This document shows positions 24,432 to 37,596 of a DNA stretch of 64,000 nucleotides, in pieces (the stretch's first letter is position 1; each line of letters begins with the position of its first letter). A program made the position numbers and the translations under genes. This stretch comes from Takakia lepidozioides (taxonomy: Eukaryota > Plantae > Bryophyta). Under the pieces are notes generated by a model. It made no database searches and was not told where the DNA came from. It saw only the letters and a list, made by a program, of their open reading frames with translations. The stretch spans positions 55,118,001 through 55,182,000 of the forward strand of contig CM060734.1 in NCBI GenBank assembly GCA_030704615.1. The letters run 5' to 3'.

Positions 24432-27400
24432 TATTCTAAGCCGGATCTATTCTAAGTATCTAGAATATCCAATAGCTATTCTAAGCCGCATCTATTCTAG
24501 GTATCTAAAATATCTTTAGAACGGATGATGAGTTGAACCTAAAAGTTCATCCATCCTAATTCTAACACTCCCACTCAACGAAACATCCGTTACTAAGATT
24601 GGAAGTTAACAACCCCCATCATCTCCTTGAAGCGTACATGCTTGCGCAAATATCTTTCGTGAGTGAGGCTCTTGGTCAAAACATCTGCATCACAGTATCC
24701 CACTATGTGCAAACCATCCTTGTCTGAAGGACTCCCACTGAAGCATAACCCATGACCAATAGTATCTCTGAGATACCGTAAAATACGCTTCATTGCCCTT
24801 GGAGAATAGCCCTTGGCAACGAGCTGAGCTTTGTATTGCTCCATAGTTGCATCTGCCTTCACCTTGAAGACCCTCCTGCTTCCAACTGTTCTCCTTCCAA
24901 GTGGCAAAGGAACAAGAACCCAAGTGCCATTATCCATAATGGACTTGTACTCTGAATCAAGAGCTTCCTTCCATTGTGAGGCATCAACACTCTCCAATGC
25001 TTCTCTCAAGGATTGTGGCTCATCATTGCTAGTACAGTGAAATGCAAAAGCTATGTCTAGAGACTCTACAAATCTGTTGGAGGGCTTCCAACTATGTTCT
25101 GAGCGTCGAGGCCGTACAAATGGCTCATCCACCTCCTCACCAGCATCCTCATGAATCTCATTGACATCACCATGACTCCCTTCAGGTCTAAGAGCATGTT
25201 CACTTGGTACGTCGAGCGCCGCAACTAGAACAGTATCAGCTAGTACAAGTGGAACTTGATCAATGGAATGAGGTGTCGGTAAAACATGCGGAGCATCAAC
25301 AACTGTGACATGAATCTCACCAACTCCCACCTTCTCTGTAAGCCTAGATGACTCAACAAAGTGGACGTCACGACTCCTAACCACAACATGGCGTTCTGAG
25401 TCAAACAGACGATAGCATTTAAACCCCTCACAATATCCAAAAACATGCACTTAATGCTTTTGGAATCCAACTTTGAGCGCTTTTCTTTTGACATGAGCAT
25501 ATATATCACAACCAAAAACTCTTAGGTGTGCAACACTTGGCTTCGTGCCACTCCATGCCTCCTCAGGTGTCATATCCTTGACTGCAATGGTAGGTGCTCG
25601 ATTGTTAACATACACAACAGTAGAAACAGCCTCAGCCCAAAACACTTTGCCAAGACCTTGGTGCTCCAACATGCACCTTGCACTCTCAACCAAAGTCCGG
25701 TTCTTTCGTTCTGCAACTTCATTCTGCTGTGGGGTACACAAGGTGTAGTCATCTGTCGCTCAATCCCATGTTGTTCACAAAATTGATGTAATGCCTTTGA
25801 GATGTACTCACCACCATTGTCGCACCACAACTTCTTGATCACCCTCCCTGTCTGCTTCTCTGCAAGAGCTTTGAACTTATCCAAAATCTCAGATTTTTTC
25901 TTCATGAAATAGACAAAGGTTTTCCGCGACAAATCATCAATGAAAGTGATAAAGTATCTAGTACCACCATGAGAAGGATTCTTCATCGGCCCACACACAT
26001 CACTATGCACCAACTCAAGCAACTCCGATGCCCGTGTACCACCTGTAGCTGGAAATAGATTGCAATGATGCTTTCCATATATACAACCTTGACAAAACTC
26101 TAAGTTAGATGTAACCTCCAAATCCATACCTTCGACCACGCCCCTTCAAAGCTCTTCAAGCTTGATGCCAAGATGACCAAGACGCCGATGCCACAAATCA
26201 GCCTTCTCCATAGCACCATTAGTGTTGACGCATCCTGACACGTTTGAATGAACTGCTATCTGTGGAGATCCTGACAACTTGTAGAGTCGTCCTGTCCGAA
26301 CGCCCATCACAACCACATTGCCCTCATGAGTCTCCATCAAGTAGCTTCCGGATCTGAAAGTTACCTGATAACCTTGACCCTCCATCTTGCTGTAGATTCT
26401 TCTGGAGTCCCTCAACATGTAGAACCTCCATGATGTTCTTGCAGACTCCACTAGGCAGCTTGAAGGGAATAGTACCCTTACCCTTGATCTGAAGAGCACT
26501 GTCATCACCAAGATACACCTTTCTGTCACCAGGAAGGTCTTCGTAGGTATAAATCCATTCTCTGTGCGATGTCATGTGCTGAGAAGCACCAGAGTCAATG
26601 TACCAAGTCATGTCGTCACTCGGAGCTACAGACAAGGCAGTCACAAACAACTCACTATTGTCACCAGCACCCTCCATGTGATTGGCTTCAAGTGCAGATC
26701 TCTTGAGTTTGTCAGCCTTCTTATCAACTTCCTTCTGTCCACATTCATTAGCATGACAGAGTGCTTGCACTTGTGCCCTGTGTTGAGCGCAACATCTGAC
26801 AGAGTAGCAGCAACAAGACCCTTCTGACGCGATTCCTCCTGGATGAGCACTCCAACAACTAACTCCATGGACAGATCAATAATAGGACGAGTTCCAAGAG
26901 ATACCACAACAAACTCAAATGCTGGAGTCAAACTCCCCATCAATGTCATGCATGTGTCTAACTCTGAAATCCCTGACCCTCTGCAATCTGATCCAGTAAA
27001 GTTCGCATCTTGGCTATGTGAGAAGCAATGGAATCTCCCTCACTCATCTTAAGAGTGAAAAATTGTTGTCGCAACTGCAACAACGCATTTCCATATACAT
27101 CGTGACTAAGAATTCCCAAGCTTCACAAGATGTCTCATGCTTACTCACTTGCCCAAACAAGGAATCACTCGCATGCAAAGAAATAGTTGCAAGAGCTCTC
27201 TGATCAAGATCCTCCCACTGTTCTAGTGCATCAACATCTAGTTCTGATGGTTTCTTATGTTTGCCAGACACAACCTTCCATGTGCCCTCTCTAACAAGAA
27301 CCATTCGCATCTTGTCCTTCCAGATATGAAACATGTCTACATCGAACTTTGCAATTGCATGATAATTAAGATGTTGAGACATTTCAAATCTACACAGACC

Positions 27401-27975
27401 AAGCTAATCAAGTATAGTGATGTCCTACTTCTCTCAGACTCAAAGAGATATTGATACAGGTGTACAGAAATAAAAATTTCACACCACCACCAAGGAATCA
27501 ACTACACCACACAAATCTTTGTTCTAGTAAGTACTTTCTCTCTTGCTAATCAATCCCACTTCTAGAAATATGAATGAAACTAGATCTCTCAATCCTGTAA
27601 AGAATTCCACGGAGAAACCCGCTCTGATACCATGTCAAGAAAACACACTCATACTTCTGAAGATGCAGGGATGAAACAATACATGACTGTATTACAAAAG
27701 AGCTCTCTTCCCAACCATAGAGGTTTGCACAAAGACACAAAGATTGTTTGCCTCTCCCCTGAGCCCAATATATATACCTACTAGATGTCTCACACCGAGA
27801 GATGTCTATTCCCTCAAGGCTTACCTAAGGCTTACCTAATAGTTATTCTAAGCCGGATCTATTCTAAGTATCTAGAATATCCAATAGCTATTCTAAGCCG
27901 CATCTATTCTAGGTATCTAGAATATCTAACGGATGATGAGTTGAACCCAAAAGTTCATCCATCCTAATTCTAACA
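24432..27975 (-). mobile_element. Ty1/copia LTR retrotransposon, defective
   Basis: 5' LTR 27633-27975 (TG..CA), PBS TGGTATCAGAGC 27632-27621, PPT TTGAGTGGGAG next to the truncated 3' LTR 24432-24567. Coding remnants: gag (WKDKMRMVL), protease (WYIDSGASQHM), GAG-pre-integrase (LWHRRLGH), integrase (VHSDVCGP, DNGGEY, TPQQNEVAERKNRTL). RT and RNase H are largely deleted. Confidence 0.95.
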
Positions 27976-29064
27976 GTTGGATGTGGTTGTGGGTTCAAAC
28001 CACGGTTGGTGTGTCATGAAGGTGTTCACCTTTCAGCTGGAGGGTATTTGCAGGATTAAGTGTCTCAGTTTTTGCGTAACATGGCAGTTTCTGCAGTGAC
28101 CTCCCTCCATGATTTTACCCATATTTGTCCAACAACTCAATATTTCATCTAAATTGATGTGGTATGGGGTTTCTAACTACAATAGGTATGTGTACCAATT
28201 GTTAGATTGCAAAAACAATCATGTACCAGAGAGCCATGGATTTTTAAAGTTGATTACTGTGGAGTGCAGATGTTACACATAAAATCTTATGGACTGAAAA
28301 AACATCATGTACACTCATACAATCGCACAAAGGAAAACACACTAGGGGTGTAATTTTTAAATCCAGCCCAAATCCATTTTTATATAGACTAGTTATCTTA
28401 GGGATTGAGAGCTATGGACTATTTTGCACCTAAAAACAGGTTGATTTGCTCTAGTCCATAACATCTTATGTTTTGGGTTTTTGAGGTGTCGTCTTTTACT
28501 AGAAAGACATACAAACCTATAATCTAGAGGTATCAGCTGGTATATGGACAAGTGGTTGTAAACTCTAGATTTTGACGTCTAAATATTTTTTCATATTAAC
28601 GATTAAAATATCTAGTAAAAACTATTATCAATATTTGAGGAGGGATTCTTTACTAAAAATGTTATACATACTAATATCTCTTTTTTTAAGAATAAACTGA
28701 AAGCAATAGACTATAAATAAATAAAATTCCATAGACTTCCAATGGACTCAACATGTGCCGCTTTTGATGCAACTGCCCAGTAGCCCTCGTGGTGAAGAGA
28801 CACCATAATTTACGCTCCCTTCGGGAGGTGTCTATATTTCTTTATTTATTCTCCCGTTCCCTTGTGTTATTCCTCCCTCAGAATGAAGGAGAGAGCAGGG
28901 AGCAACAAGAAGGGAGCAGAGAAACTGTAACAATGCATAAATAACACAAGGGAGCAAGGAGCATAAGCACAGGGGAGCAATAACAAGGGGTGGGGGAGCC
29001 CGGGATCAGGGAGCAAAAAAACGGGAAAGAAGGAGAGACAAATCAGGAGAGATAAATCAGGAGT

Positions 29065-32000
29065 ACTCCTTCCGACCGGAAAAGAGGCGACAATGACACA
29101 TGGAAATAAAAGAGAGGGCCTTCACACTTCAAAATGGCACTTGGTGCTCCGAAAGGAAAATCAGGTGCGGCAGCTTATGGCGGACAGAAGACCTTCGATG
29201 GAGTGTGCTTTAATTCAGTTAATGTTCGTGAGTGGGATAATTTTCGAAACTAACGTGTCGTTGTTGGTGGACACAGGAGCGTCGCACTTCTTCATGACAC
29301 CGGCAACGGCACAAAAGCTGGGGCTCCCGACAAGTGATGTGGGGGCCTCTAAAGTGCGTTCTGCCAAAGGAGAACCACAACTGACAACGAGGTTGGCGTT
29401 CGATGTTCCTCTTCAGCTCGGGAGTTGGGAGGGACGTGAGAACTTCACCATTTGCGAGATCGATGGAGTGGATCTCATTTTGGGGATGACCTTTTTAAGC
29501 AAATCCGGAGCGGTCATAGATGGCCGCAAAAAAATAGTCACGCTGCCGTGTGGGAATGATGGCAAAATTTTACGGGTGTCGGAAACGCCCAACCGAGTGG
29601 GAGGGCGAATAAACCTGCTGACAACAAAGGAGTGGGCAGTGGAGGAGCCACACGAGCCCCAGTTTTTGCTTTACGTAAGACAAGTGGAAGGAAAAGTCGA
29701 TAGGGAGCCTAGCCCAGATTAGGTCAAGGGGATCCTGGAGAAATATCAGGATGTGATGCCGGAGGATTTACTAAGCGGCTTGCCATCGCGAAGAGGAATT
29801 GACCACAAGATAGACGTGATACCGGGATCGGAGCCGCCTGGCAAGGCGCCCTACCGGTTGAGCCACAGAGAGTTGGTCGAGTTGAAGGCCCAGCTCAAGG
29901 ATCTAATGTCAAAAGGGTACATCCGGCCGAGTAAGTCACCTTACGGAGCCCTAGTGCTATTCGTAGACAAGAAGGATGGGACGCTGTGGATGTGTGTCGA
30001 TTACAGGGCTCTGAATAAGGTGACTATAAAAAACTGGTACCTTTTGCCAAGGATCGACGACCTCTTCGATCGGTTGGCAGGAGCAAAATACTTCAGCCGG
30101 ATTGATTTGCGCTCAGGTTATCATCAAATCCGAGTGGCGGAAGGAGATGAAGAGAAGACCGCGTGCAGGACAAGATATGGTTCATATGAGTTCTTGGTGA
30201 TGTCTTTTGGGCTCACCAATGCAACCGCGACCTTTAGCACGCTAATAAACAGCCTTTTCCAGGAGTGGTTGGATGACTTTGTGATCGTGTACATCGACGA
30301 CATCTTGGTGTACTCGAAAACAAAGGAAGAGCACATGGAGCACCTCAAAAGTGTGTTCCAAAAATTGCACGAAGGGAAGCTGTATGCCAAAGCTTCAAAG
30401 TGCGAAGTTGGGGTCACAAAAATGGAGTTCCTAGGGCATGTGATTACACAGGATGGGATCAAAATGGATGACAGAAAGGTGAGGGCGATCTTGGACTGGG
30501 AGCCTCCGACTTGGGTCCTGGGAGTGCGATCCTTCCCGCCTCCTATTACCGAAAATATGTGAGAAATTTCACCAAGATCGCGCGGCCGCTGTCAGACCTT
30601 CTGTGTAAGTCCAAGATATGGGTATGGAACACCTTTTGTGGCCAAGCTTTTGCCGAGTTGGAGCATCAGATGGCAGAAGCTCCAGTCCTGAAAATCCCGG
30701 AGTTCGACCGTCCATTTGAGATTCATACGGATGCATCAGACTTCGCAATAGGGGGTGTACTCATGCAGGATGGACGTCCATTGACTTACGAAAGTAAGAA
30801 ACTGAATGAAATGGAGCGACTACGGCCTATGCATGAGAAGGAAATGAAGGCCGTGGTGCATTGCCTTGAGCTTTGGCGCCACTATGTTGGTGAGGGTGTT
30901 CACGGACAATGTCACGGTGAAGTATTTTGCCACACAACCTAAGTTGTCCCCAAAACAACTTAGGTGGCAAGATACTTTGGCGATGTTCAACGTGGATATC
31001 CAATACAAATCGGGACGGAACAATATGGTGGCCGATGCTTTAAGTAGAAAGCAGCAGCTCATGTTGGTGTACAGGGGCGAGACGACGCTCCAAAAGAAGA
31101 TCCGGAAGGCTTACCGAAAGGATGAGATGGCGAAGTCCGTGATGCGGGACTTGAGGATGGGGGTTAAATCACAATTCCTTGCAAAATGGACTGCTCCGGT
31201 ATAAGCAAAAGTGTCTCTACGTGCCGAAGGGAGGGATCAGAGATAGTCTCTTGAGAGAATACCATGATGGTCCGCTTGCGGGCCACGGCGGAGCCAAGCG
31301 CACCGCAACACTCTTGAAGAAAGAGTATTTCTGGCCCAAACTGAGGGAGGAGGCCGAGGAGTATGTCAAGACATGCACCACATGCCAACAAATCCGGAGC
31401 GAGTACAAAAAGCAAGCGGGCTGTTACAACCCTTGCCGATTCCAGAGGGGTCTTGGGAAAGTGTCTCGATGGATTTCATGACTGCTATGCCGTTGTCAAA
31501 AGGGTTCGATGCAATCATGGTGGTGGTGGTGGATAGGTTCAGTTAAATGGGCCATTTCAACCCCACCAAGGAGACGGCAACGGCGCAGGAGACGGGGAGA
31601 CTTTATTTCGCCCACGTCTTCAAGCATCATGGACTCCCGAAGGATATTGTCTCGAACCGCGATCCAAAGTTTACGAGTAAATTTTGGAGGGCACTTTGGA
31701 AGAAAATGGGGACAAGGCTCAAGATGAGCACCGCCTTCCGACCTACGACAGACGGCCAAACGGAAAGGGTGAATTCCGTGGTGGAGCAGATCTTGCGGAA
31801 TTACGTGTTGGCAGACCAATCGGACTGGGTGAAGCATTTGGATGCGGCAAAGTTCTGTTATAATAACACAAAACACTCCGCAACGGGAGTTTCCCCTTTC
31901 GTGCACCTCTGGTGCCGACAAGTTAGGCCGCCCAAGACGTTGAGGAACCGGTAGCAGCAGCAGTGCTGGAAGAACGCGAGCGTTTGTTGAAGCTCGCAAA

Positions 32001-34049
32001 GTACAACATTGCCAAAGCTAGGAAACGGTATGAATGGCAAGCGAATCGGAAGCGGAGGGAAGTTAAGTTTGAGGCAAGCACGGAGGTCTGGTTGAACATC
32101 AAGAATTTTCGACTACCTTCGGAAGTGAGTCCAAAGTTCGTACCTCCGTATGCGGGACATTTTCACATCCGGAAGGTTATGAATGAGGACGTGTATGAAT
32201 TGGAGCTGCCGGCAAACAGCAAGGTGCATCCGATATTCCACATCTCCCTTTTGAAGCCGTACTTCAAAGATGAAGCGCGTCCGAATCGGCATCAAGTGTT
32301 GCGTCCGCCACCTGTGCTGTTGGATCATGAAAATGAACCTGAGTACGAGGTGGAGGCAGTGCTTAAGTCGAGGAGGTTCAAGAATCGAGAAACACAGTAT
32401 CTCGTGAAATGGAAGGGCTATCATCATGTGGAGGCATCTTGGGTGCGTGCCTCAAAAATGGGAAACGCATCCGAGGCGGTTGCAACTTTTGAAAGGCGAC
32501 CTCAAAAGCGGAAGAAGCGTTGATGGGGACATCAACCTTGGATCGTAGGGGAGGAAATGCATGCTTAGCCCGGCTTAGCTAGCTCATGAATCCGATTGCA
32601 AAAACTTGTATTGTACAAATTTTGTTTATAAATGAAATGGTTTCCAAATGTTGTGCGTCCTATTTTGTTTGGAATGGTGATGCATGATATGGTTGGCTAG
32701 TGTGTAGAATGCATGCTAGCTTACAAAAGTGGGAGAGGTAAATTGGACTAATCGCGTGTTTGCGTAGTGCCGAAATCGGGTGATTCCCATCCAAGGGGCA
32801 AAGAAACTTGCGCCTTCTTTGGGAGTTCATGTGCTAGTGCGCACCTGGCGCGTGCGCGTACTATAATTGCGCTACCGAGGGGGTTGTCTTGTAGTGCAGG
32901 CTAACGTGGAAGCTACGTGCTTCCGTTCACGTACTATAATTGTGTAGCCTCAGGACGAAGTCGTAGTGCGGCTTCGACGTGTTCCCGTACCTCAAGCCAG
33001 CATTCCAAGGCGGACCCAATTGTAGTGATTTGGGCGCATGGTTGGTTCAAGGTTATCTTCCTAGTAAAAAAAGGTTCAAGGTGAACCGTTGCTCAAGGTG
33101 ATGCCAAAAAGCGGCATCATGAGCGGTCGAAGCAATGTTGTTGCAGTAAAGCGATTCGATCCTCGAGGAGGATCGTTCATTGGCCTTGAAGTGGGCCAAG
33201 AAGAATGCACTTGGTGGAGCTTGAGAGGCTCCACCCTTGGCCGGGACTTGGAGGAAGCCGGCCGAACTAGCTAGTGGAGAGTAGAGTCAAGTGGGGGTTT
33301 GGTTCTTTATCAAACTTCTTGATGTGGGACGCCATTGTAACTTGGATGTTAGTTTTCTACAAAATGGACAAGTCGATGAGGACATCGACTCCATGTTGGT
33401 AGGGGTGTGTGTCGCGGCCTTTTGCCTTGAGGGCAGGGGGTCGGGACACAAGAGGGGCTGCCCCTGTGGTGGGGGCAGTGGCAACAATAGGTATGGGGGC
33501 TGAAGCACCCTTGAGTGCCCAAGGCACTCAAGGAGGCAGAGGCACTCACTAGGTGGAGCCCCGCACACCGGGTTGCAGTGGGGGTGGTGCCACGAGGGGT
33601 GGTGGTATTGGGGCATTGGGGCCATTGGGGCCGTGGTGGGTGGGCCAAGACTCACCGTGACTCATCACCGGGAGTCAAGGGTCTTTGTGGTGGTTCGCCA
33701 CAAAAGGACGGTGTTGTTTGTGAAACCCCAGCGGACAGTCACAGAAGTATATATAGGGAGTAGTATCCCCGAGAACGGTGCAAGCCTGTCGGTGACCAAA
33801 AACTAGTGAGTAAGCGTGCGAGCCGTAAAGCGACCAAGGCGTGGGGAGCTATTCCGGACTGCCAACAACCAAAGGGAATTTCCACTAGGTCCAAAGTGAG
33901 CGAGGGTCTTGTGGAGGAGCAAAGGGGGACCGTTATGTCCCGGTGAGCAGTCGAAGCTCCGAGTTGGCCCGGCAGCCAGTTTGGGAGTTAGGCGCGCGCA
34001 TCAAAGCGAGTAACTTGAAGGAGAGCTTACCGAAGTGAGGTGCGCAACA
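29065..34049 (+). mobile_element. Ty3/gypsy chromovirus, 3' part (gag C-terminus, pol, 3' LTR 33410-34049), inverted relative to its 5' part
   Basis: Protease [19 protein letters not shown], RNase [10 protein letters not shown], integrase, chromodomain EYEVEAVL...YLVKWKGY ending at 32523. Multiple frameshifts. Confidence 0.95.
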
Positions 34050-34188
34050 ACGTGTGTGCGAACCTTGCCCATATGATAATTGGAGCTAGGTTGAGAGGTC
34101 TGTCATGGGCCTGCGGTCAAATCCCCACCCCTATCAAGTCTAACGTTTTTCTCATGTTTCACATCATTCCCAAGGTCCGCTCCGTGTT

Positions 34189-35825
34189 CCCTCCCGCTGG
34201 GCTTTCTTGTGGTTCAGTTCCGTACGACCTTGTCTTTCGCCCCTAGGGACATCCGAGAAACATTCAGCCCTTTTAATTGCCTCGTTCAAAGTCTTAGGTG
34301 GCTTCTCCTCCAACTTCCGCCTGGCCCATGGGGCCAATCCCGCTACAAAGTTGAAGACCATTTCTGGTTTCGCCATATCCGCGACTTCGAGCAACAACAC
34401 ATTGAAAGCGTGAACATATCCCCGAATGTCATCTGTTTGCTTCAAATTCCTCATCTTGTCCCGGGCGAGCCAGGACGCGTTGAGGGGCACAAACTGTCTT
34501 TTCATAAGTTTCTTGAACCCACTTCAGCTCAAGGTTTCTGGGTTTGGACCTTGGTAATGAAGGCGCTTCTGCCACCATTGTTGAACATAGCCCCTCAAAT
34601 AGGTGGGAGCCACTTCCACCCAATCCTCGTCACTCAACTTGGCTGCCCATAAGTACTGATCCAGCTCTAAGAGCCAGATGTTGAGTGCCTTCCGATTTTG
34701 GGCGCCCTCGAAGGTGCCGGGTTCTTTAGGCTTTACCTTAAACTTCACCTTAGTGGAAGTGGCATTAGCCGCCCTCATCACGTCTTTCAATGTCCCGCCA
34801 AACTGCGCCAACAACCCTTCCCAAAAGATTGATGGCATAGGAGGCATCTATTAGTCTGGCGGAGCCTCTGGAAAGTCCTTGGGCTCCGACTCCCCAAATT
34901 CCTCCCGTTCTTGAGCGGCCTCGCTTTCAGAAACATAAATCGCCTCTTCTATTTGCCGCTTCGGTGACACGTCGCGCCCACCGGGCTCACCAGGATTATT
35001 GTCTTTTGGGCCATTCTGCTTTCGCTTTGTCTTGCCTAAACACCATGGTGAGGCCGATCTCAAGGACGATCGCGTACTGAACTCTAAGCTCTGATACCAA
35101 GTGTCGCGCACCTCACTTCGGTAAGTTCCCCTTTAAGTCATAGTTACTCGCTTTGATGCGCGCGCCTAACTCCTAAACTGGCCGCCGGGCCAACTCGAAG
35201 CTTCGGCTTCTCATCGGGAAATAACAGTCCCCCTTTGCTCCTCCACAAGACCTTCGCTCACTTTGGGCCTAGTGGAAATTCCCTTTGGTTGTTGGCAGTC
35301 CGGAACAGCTCCCCACGCCTTGGTTGTTTTATGGCTCGCACGCTTACTCACTAGTTTTTTGTCACTGACGGGCTTGCACCGTACTCGGGGTTACTACTCC
35401 CTATATATACTTTTGTGACTGTCCGCGGGGGTTTCACAAACAACACCGTCCTTTTATGGCGAACCACCACGAAGACCCTTGACTCCCGGTGATGAGTCGC
35501 GATGAGCCTTGGCCCACCCACCACGGCCCCAATGGATCGTGATGAATCCCAAGACTCCCCACGACTCGCACCACAAGGTCTCCGCCCTATGGTGAGTCCT
35601 ATACCACCCCCACTAAGACCCACTAAGCTACCACCACCTCTCGTGGCACCACCCCCACCGCAACTCGGTGTGCGGGGCTCCACCTAGTGAGTGCCTCTGC
35701 CTCCTTGAGTGCCTTGGGCACTCAAGGGTGCTTTAGCCCCCATACCTATTGTTGCCACTGCCCCCACCACAGGGCAGCCCCTCTTGTGTCCCGACCCTCG
35801 GCCCTCAAGGCAAAAGGCCGCGACA
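34189..35825 (-). mobile_element. Ty3/gypsy chromovirus, 5' part (5' LTR 35102-35825, PBS, gag N-terminus)
   Basis: LTR TGTCGCG..CGCGACA, PBS TGGTATCAGAGC at 35099-35088. Gag is colinear with 49630-50540. Confidence 0.95.
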
Positions 35826-36019
35826 CACGCCTTCTACTCCCTTCCTATGTCCAGTGTCAATTAGTCCTCACCTCTTTATCTCCTCTTGTACTTAAAATTC
35901 ACAGTACTTCACCACTATAGAGGCCCTACCATCACTTTGGACTCCCTCGTCTTTTCCATGGACCATCTAGAAAGTTTGGTTTTTGCCAATGTGGTTCCCT
36001 GGACAATAACCATCTCCTG

Positions 36020-36480
36020 CCCCTGCATACAACCTGCAGGTGGCGTCAAGAACCCTGCTCGAACAAACGCATGGTGGACTGGCAGGAGGTCACCTAGGCC
36101 CTGATTCCACGGCCAAAAAGTGCTCAGCTCAGGTTATTGGTGGCCGCGACTGTTCGGGAATGCCCACAAATTCTGTAAAAGCTGTGACCACTGCCAACGG
36201 ATGGGTCCCCTCGCAGCAGCTGGTGTCACACCCTAACTCACCTCGTTGCCAGGATAACCCTTCCTAAAATGGGGACCCTATCAAACCAGCTGTGCGTCTA
36301 CCGGCAACAAGTACATCCTAGCAGCTACGGACTACGCCACGAAGTGGGTAGAGGCAAGGGCCCTACGAGCACGGCAAAGTTTATCATTACCTGGTTTGGC
36401 TGCCCGTTGGAGCTCGTGAGTGACCAGAGAGTCCATCGTATTAATGAAACTATCCCCTCGGTACTGCTGCCTACTCACCT
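36020..36480 (+). mobile_element. Old integrase remnant of a different gypsy family
   Basis: Frameshifted HGGLAGGHLG, GYWWP, CKSCDHCQR, ATDYATKWVEA and FGCPLELVSDQ motifs. Confidence 0.75.
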
Positions 36481-37596
36481 ACCGCAGGTAGGGCATTCCC
36501 TTATGGGCGAAAATTTTCACCAAACGCCTAGAGCGAAAGGTGGATGTTGAAATCCAGCGATCACGCATGGGGATGCACCAATTTTTATAATGCAAAATTT
36601 CAGCCAGTGAGTTACGGACTTGCAAGTGCTATGGATCAACTAAAAGCTGATGGTACTGCCCTCTTTGCTCCTGTACAACCTGAACTTGTAAGACCAAGAT
36701 GTATAAGCCAAATAGTTTCGATTGAAACAAAAAATGCTCGAACCCACATAAATCCCTAAACTCCTCTGGCCTGAGAGTAAGGAGGAAAGCAAACTTACAA
36801 GGAACACCTTTTGACGCTGAAGTACACCAGCTCCTTGTTACCTATAGGACGTTTCATGTGCATGCTCAAGGTAAACAATTTCCATGACCCAAGAACTGCT
36901 CGAAATAAGTGAAGCATGAGGATCAAGGCAATGGGCATTCACCTGCACCTGGGACACCTTGATTCTCATGCTTCTATCATCTCGTTTTATTCCTGTGTTT
37001 CATGCATTTGTCAAATCAGTTTCCATGTCACCTAGCACCCTTTGTTATGTGGACAGTCAAGTACTGTCAGACATAGGCCTGATGCATGGCTAGAGTTATG
37101 CCAAAGATTTTAGTTGTCCAGACGTGTATCTCAGGAAGCAGAAGCTGCTGAGAGACCAGCTTACAAAGACCACGATAACATCATAAGGTACAGAATCAAT
37201 GGATGACAGCACATTTCGTCACCATGTTCGCCCTCTCGAGCAGTGCAGGCAACTCTCTCCCAGATATCTCTAATAGAGACCCACTGGCACTCAGCATACT
37301 ATTTGGCAAGGCCATACACTTGCTCGCTAGCATGGACCACAAACCGTAGCTTTCTTAAATCTTCTTGTAGCTTGCTGCTGAAGCCTGCTGCATCACCCGA
37401 GGCTATGTTTTCCAAGCTACAAAAGAATTTAAACCATAAACCACACTACCCACACTACCGGTCAGTGTACTCTTAGAAGCTTGGCTGGGTACATAAGATG
37501 GCAGCAGAAAAAAATGGAACCCAGCAATGTGAAGATAAGGTGCAGGATCATGAGCAACAAGCTTGTGTGAAGTCTCTTCAGAAAAATACAGATTTT

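Noticed and set aside
28860-29060. GGGAGC-rich tract, similar in style to 60840-61110
   Set aside because: Low-complexity purine-rich repeat; no boundaries or function can be supported.
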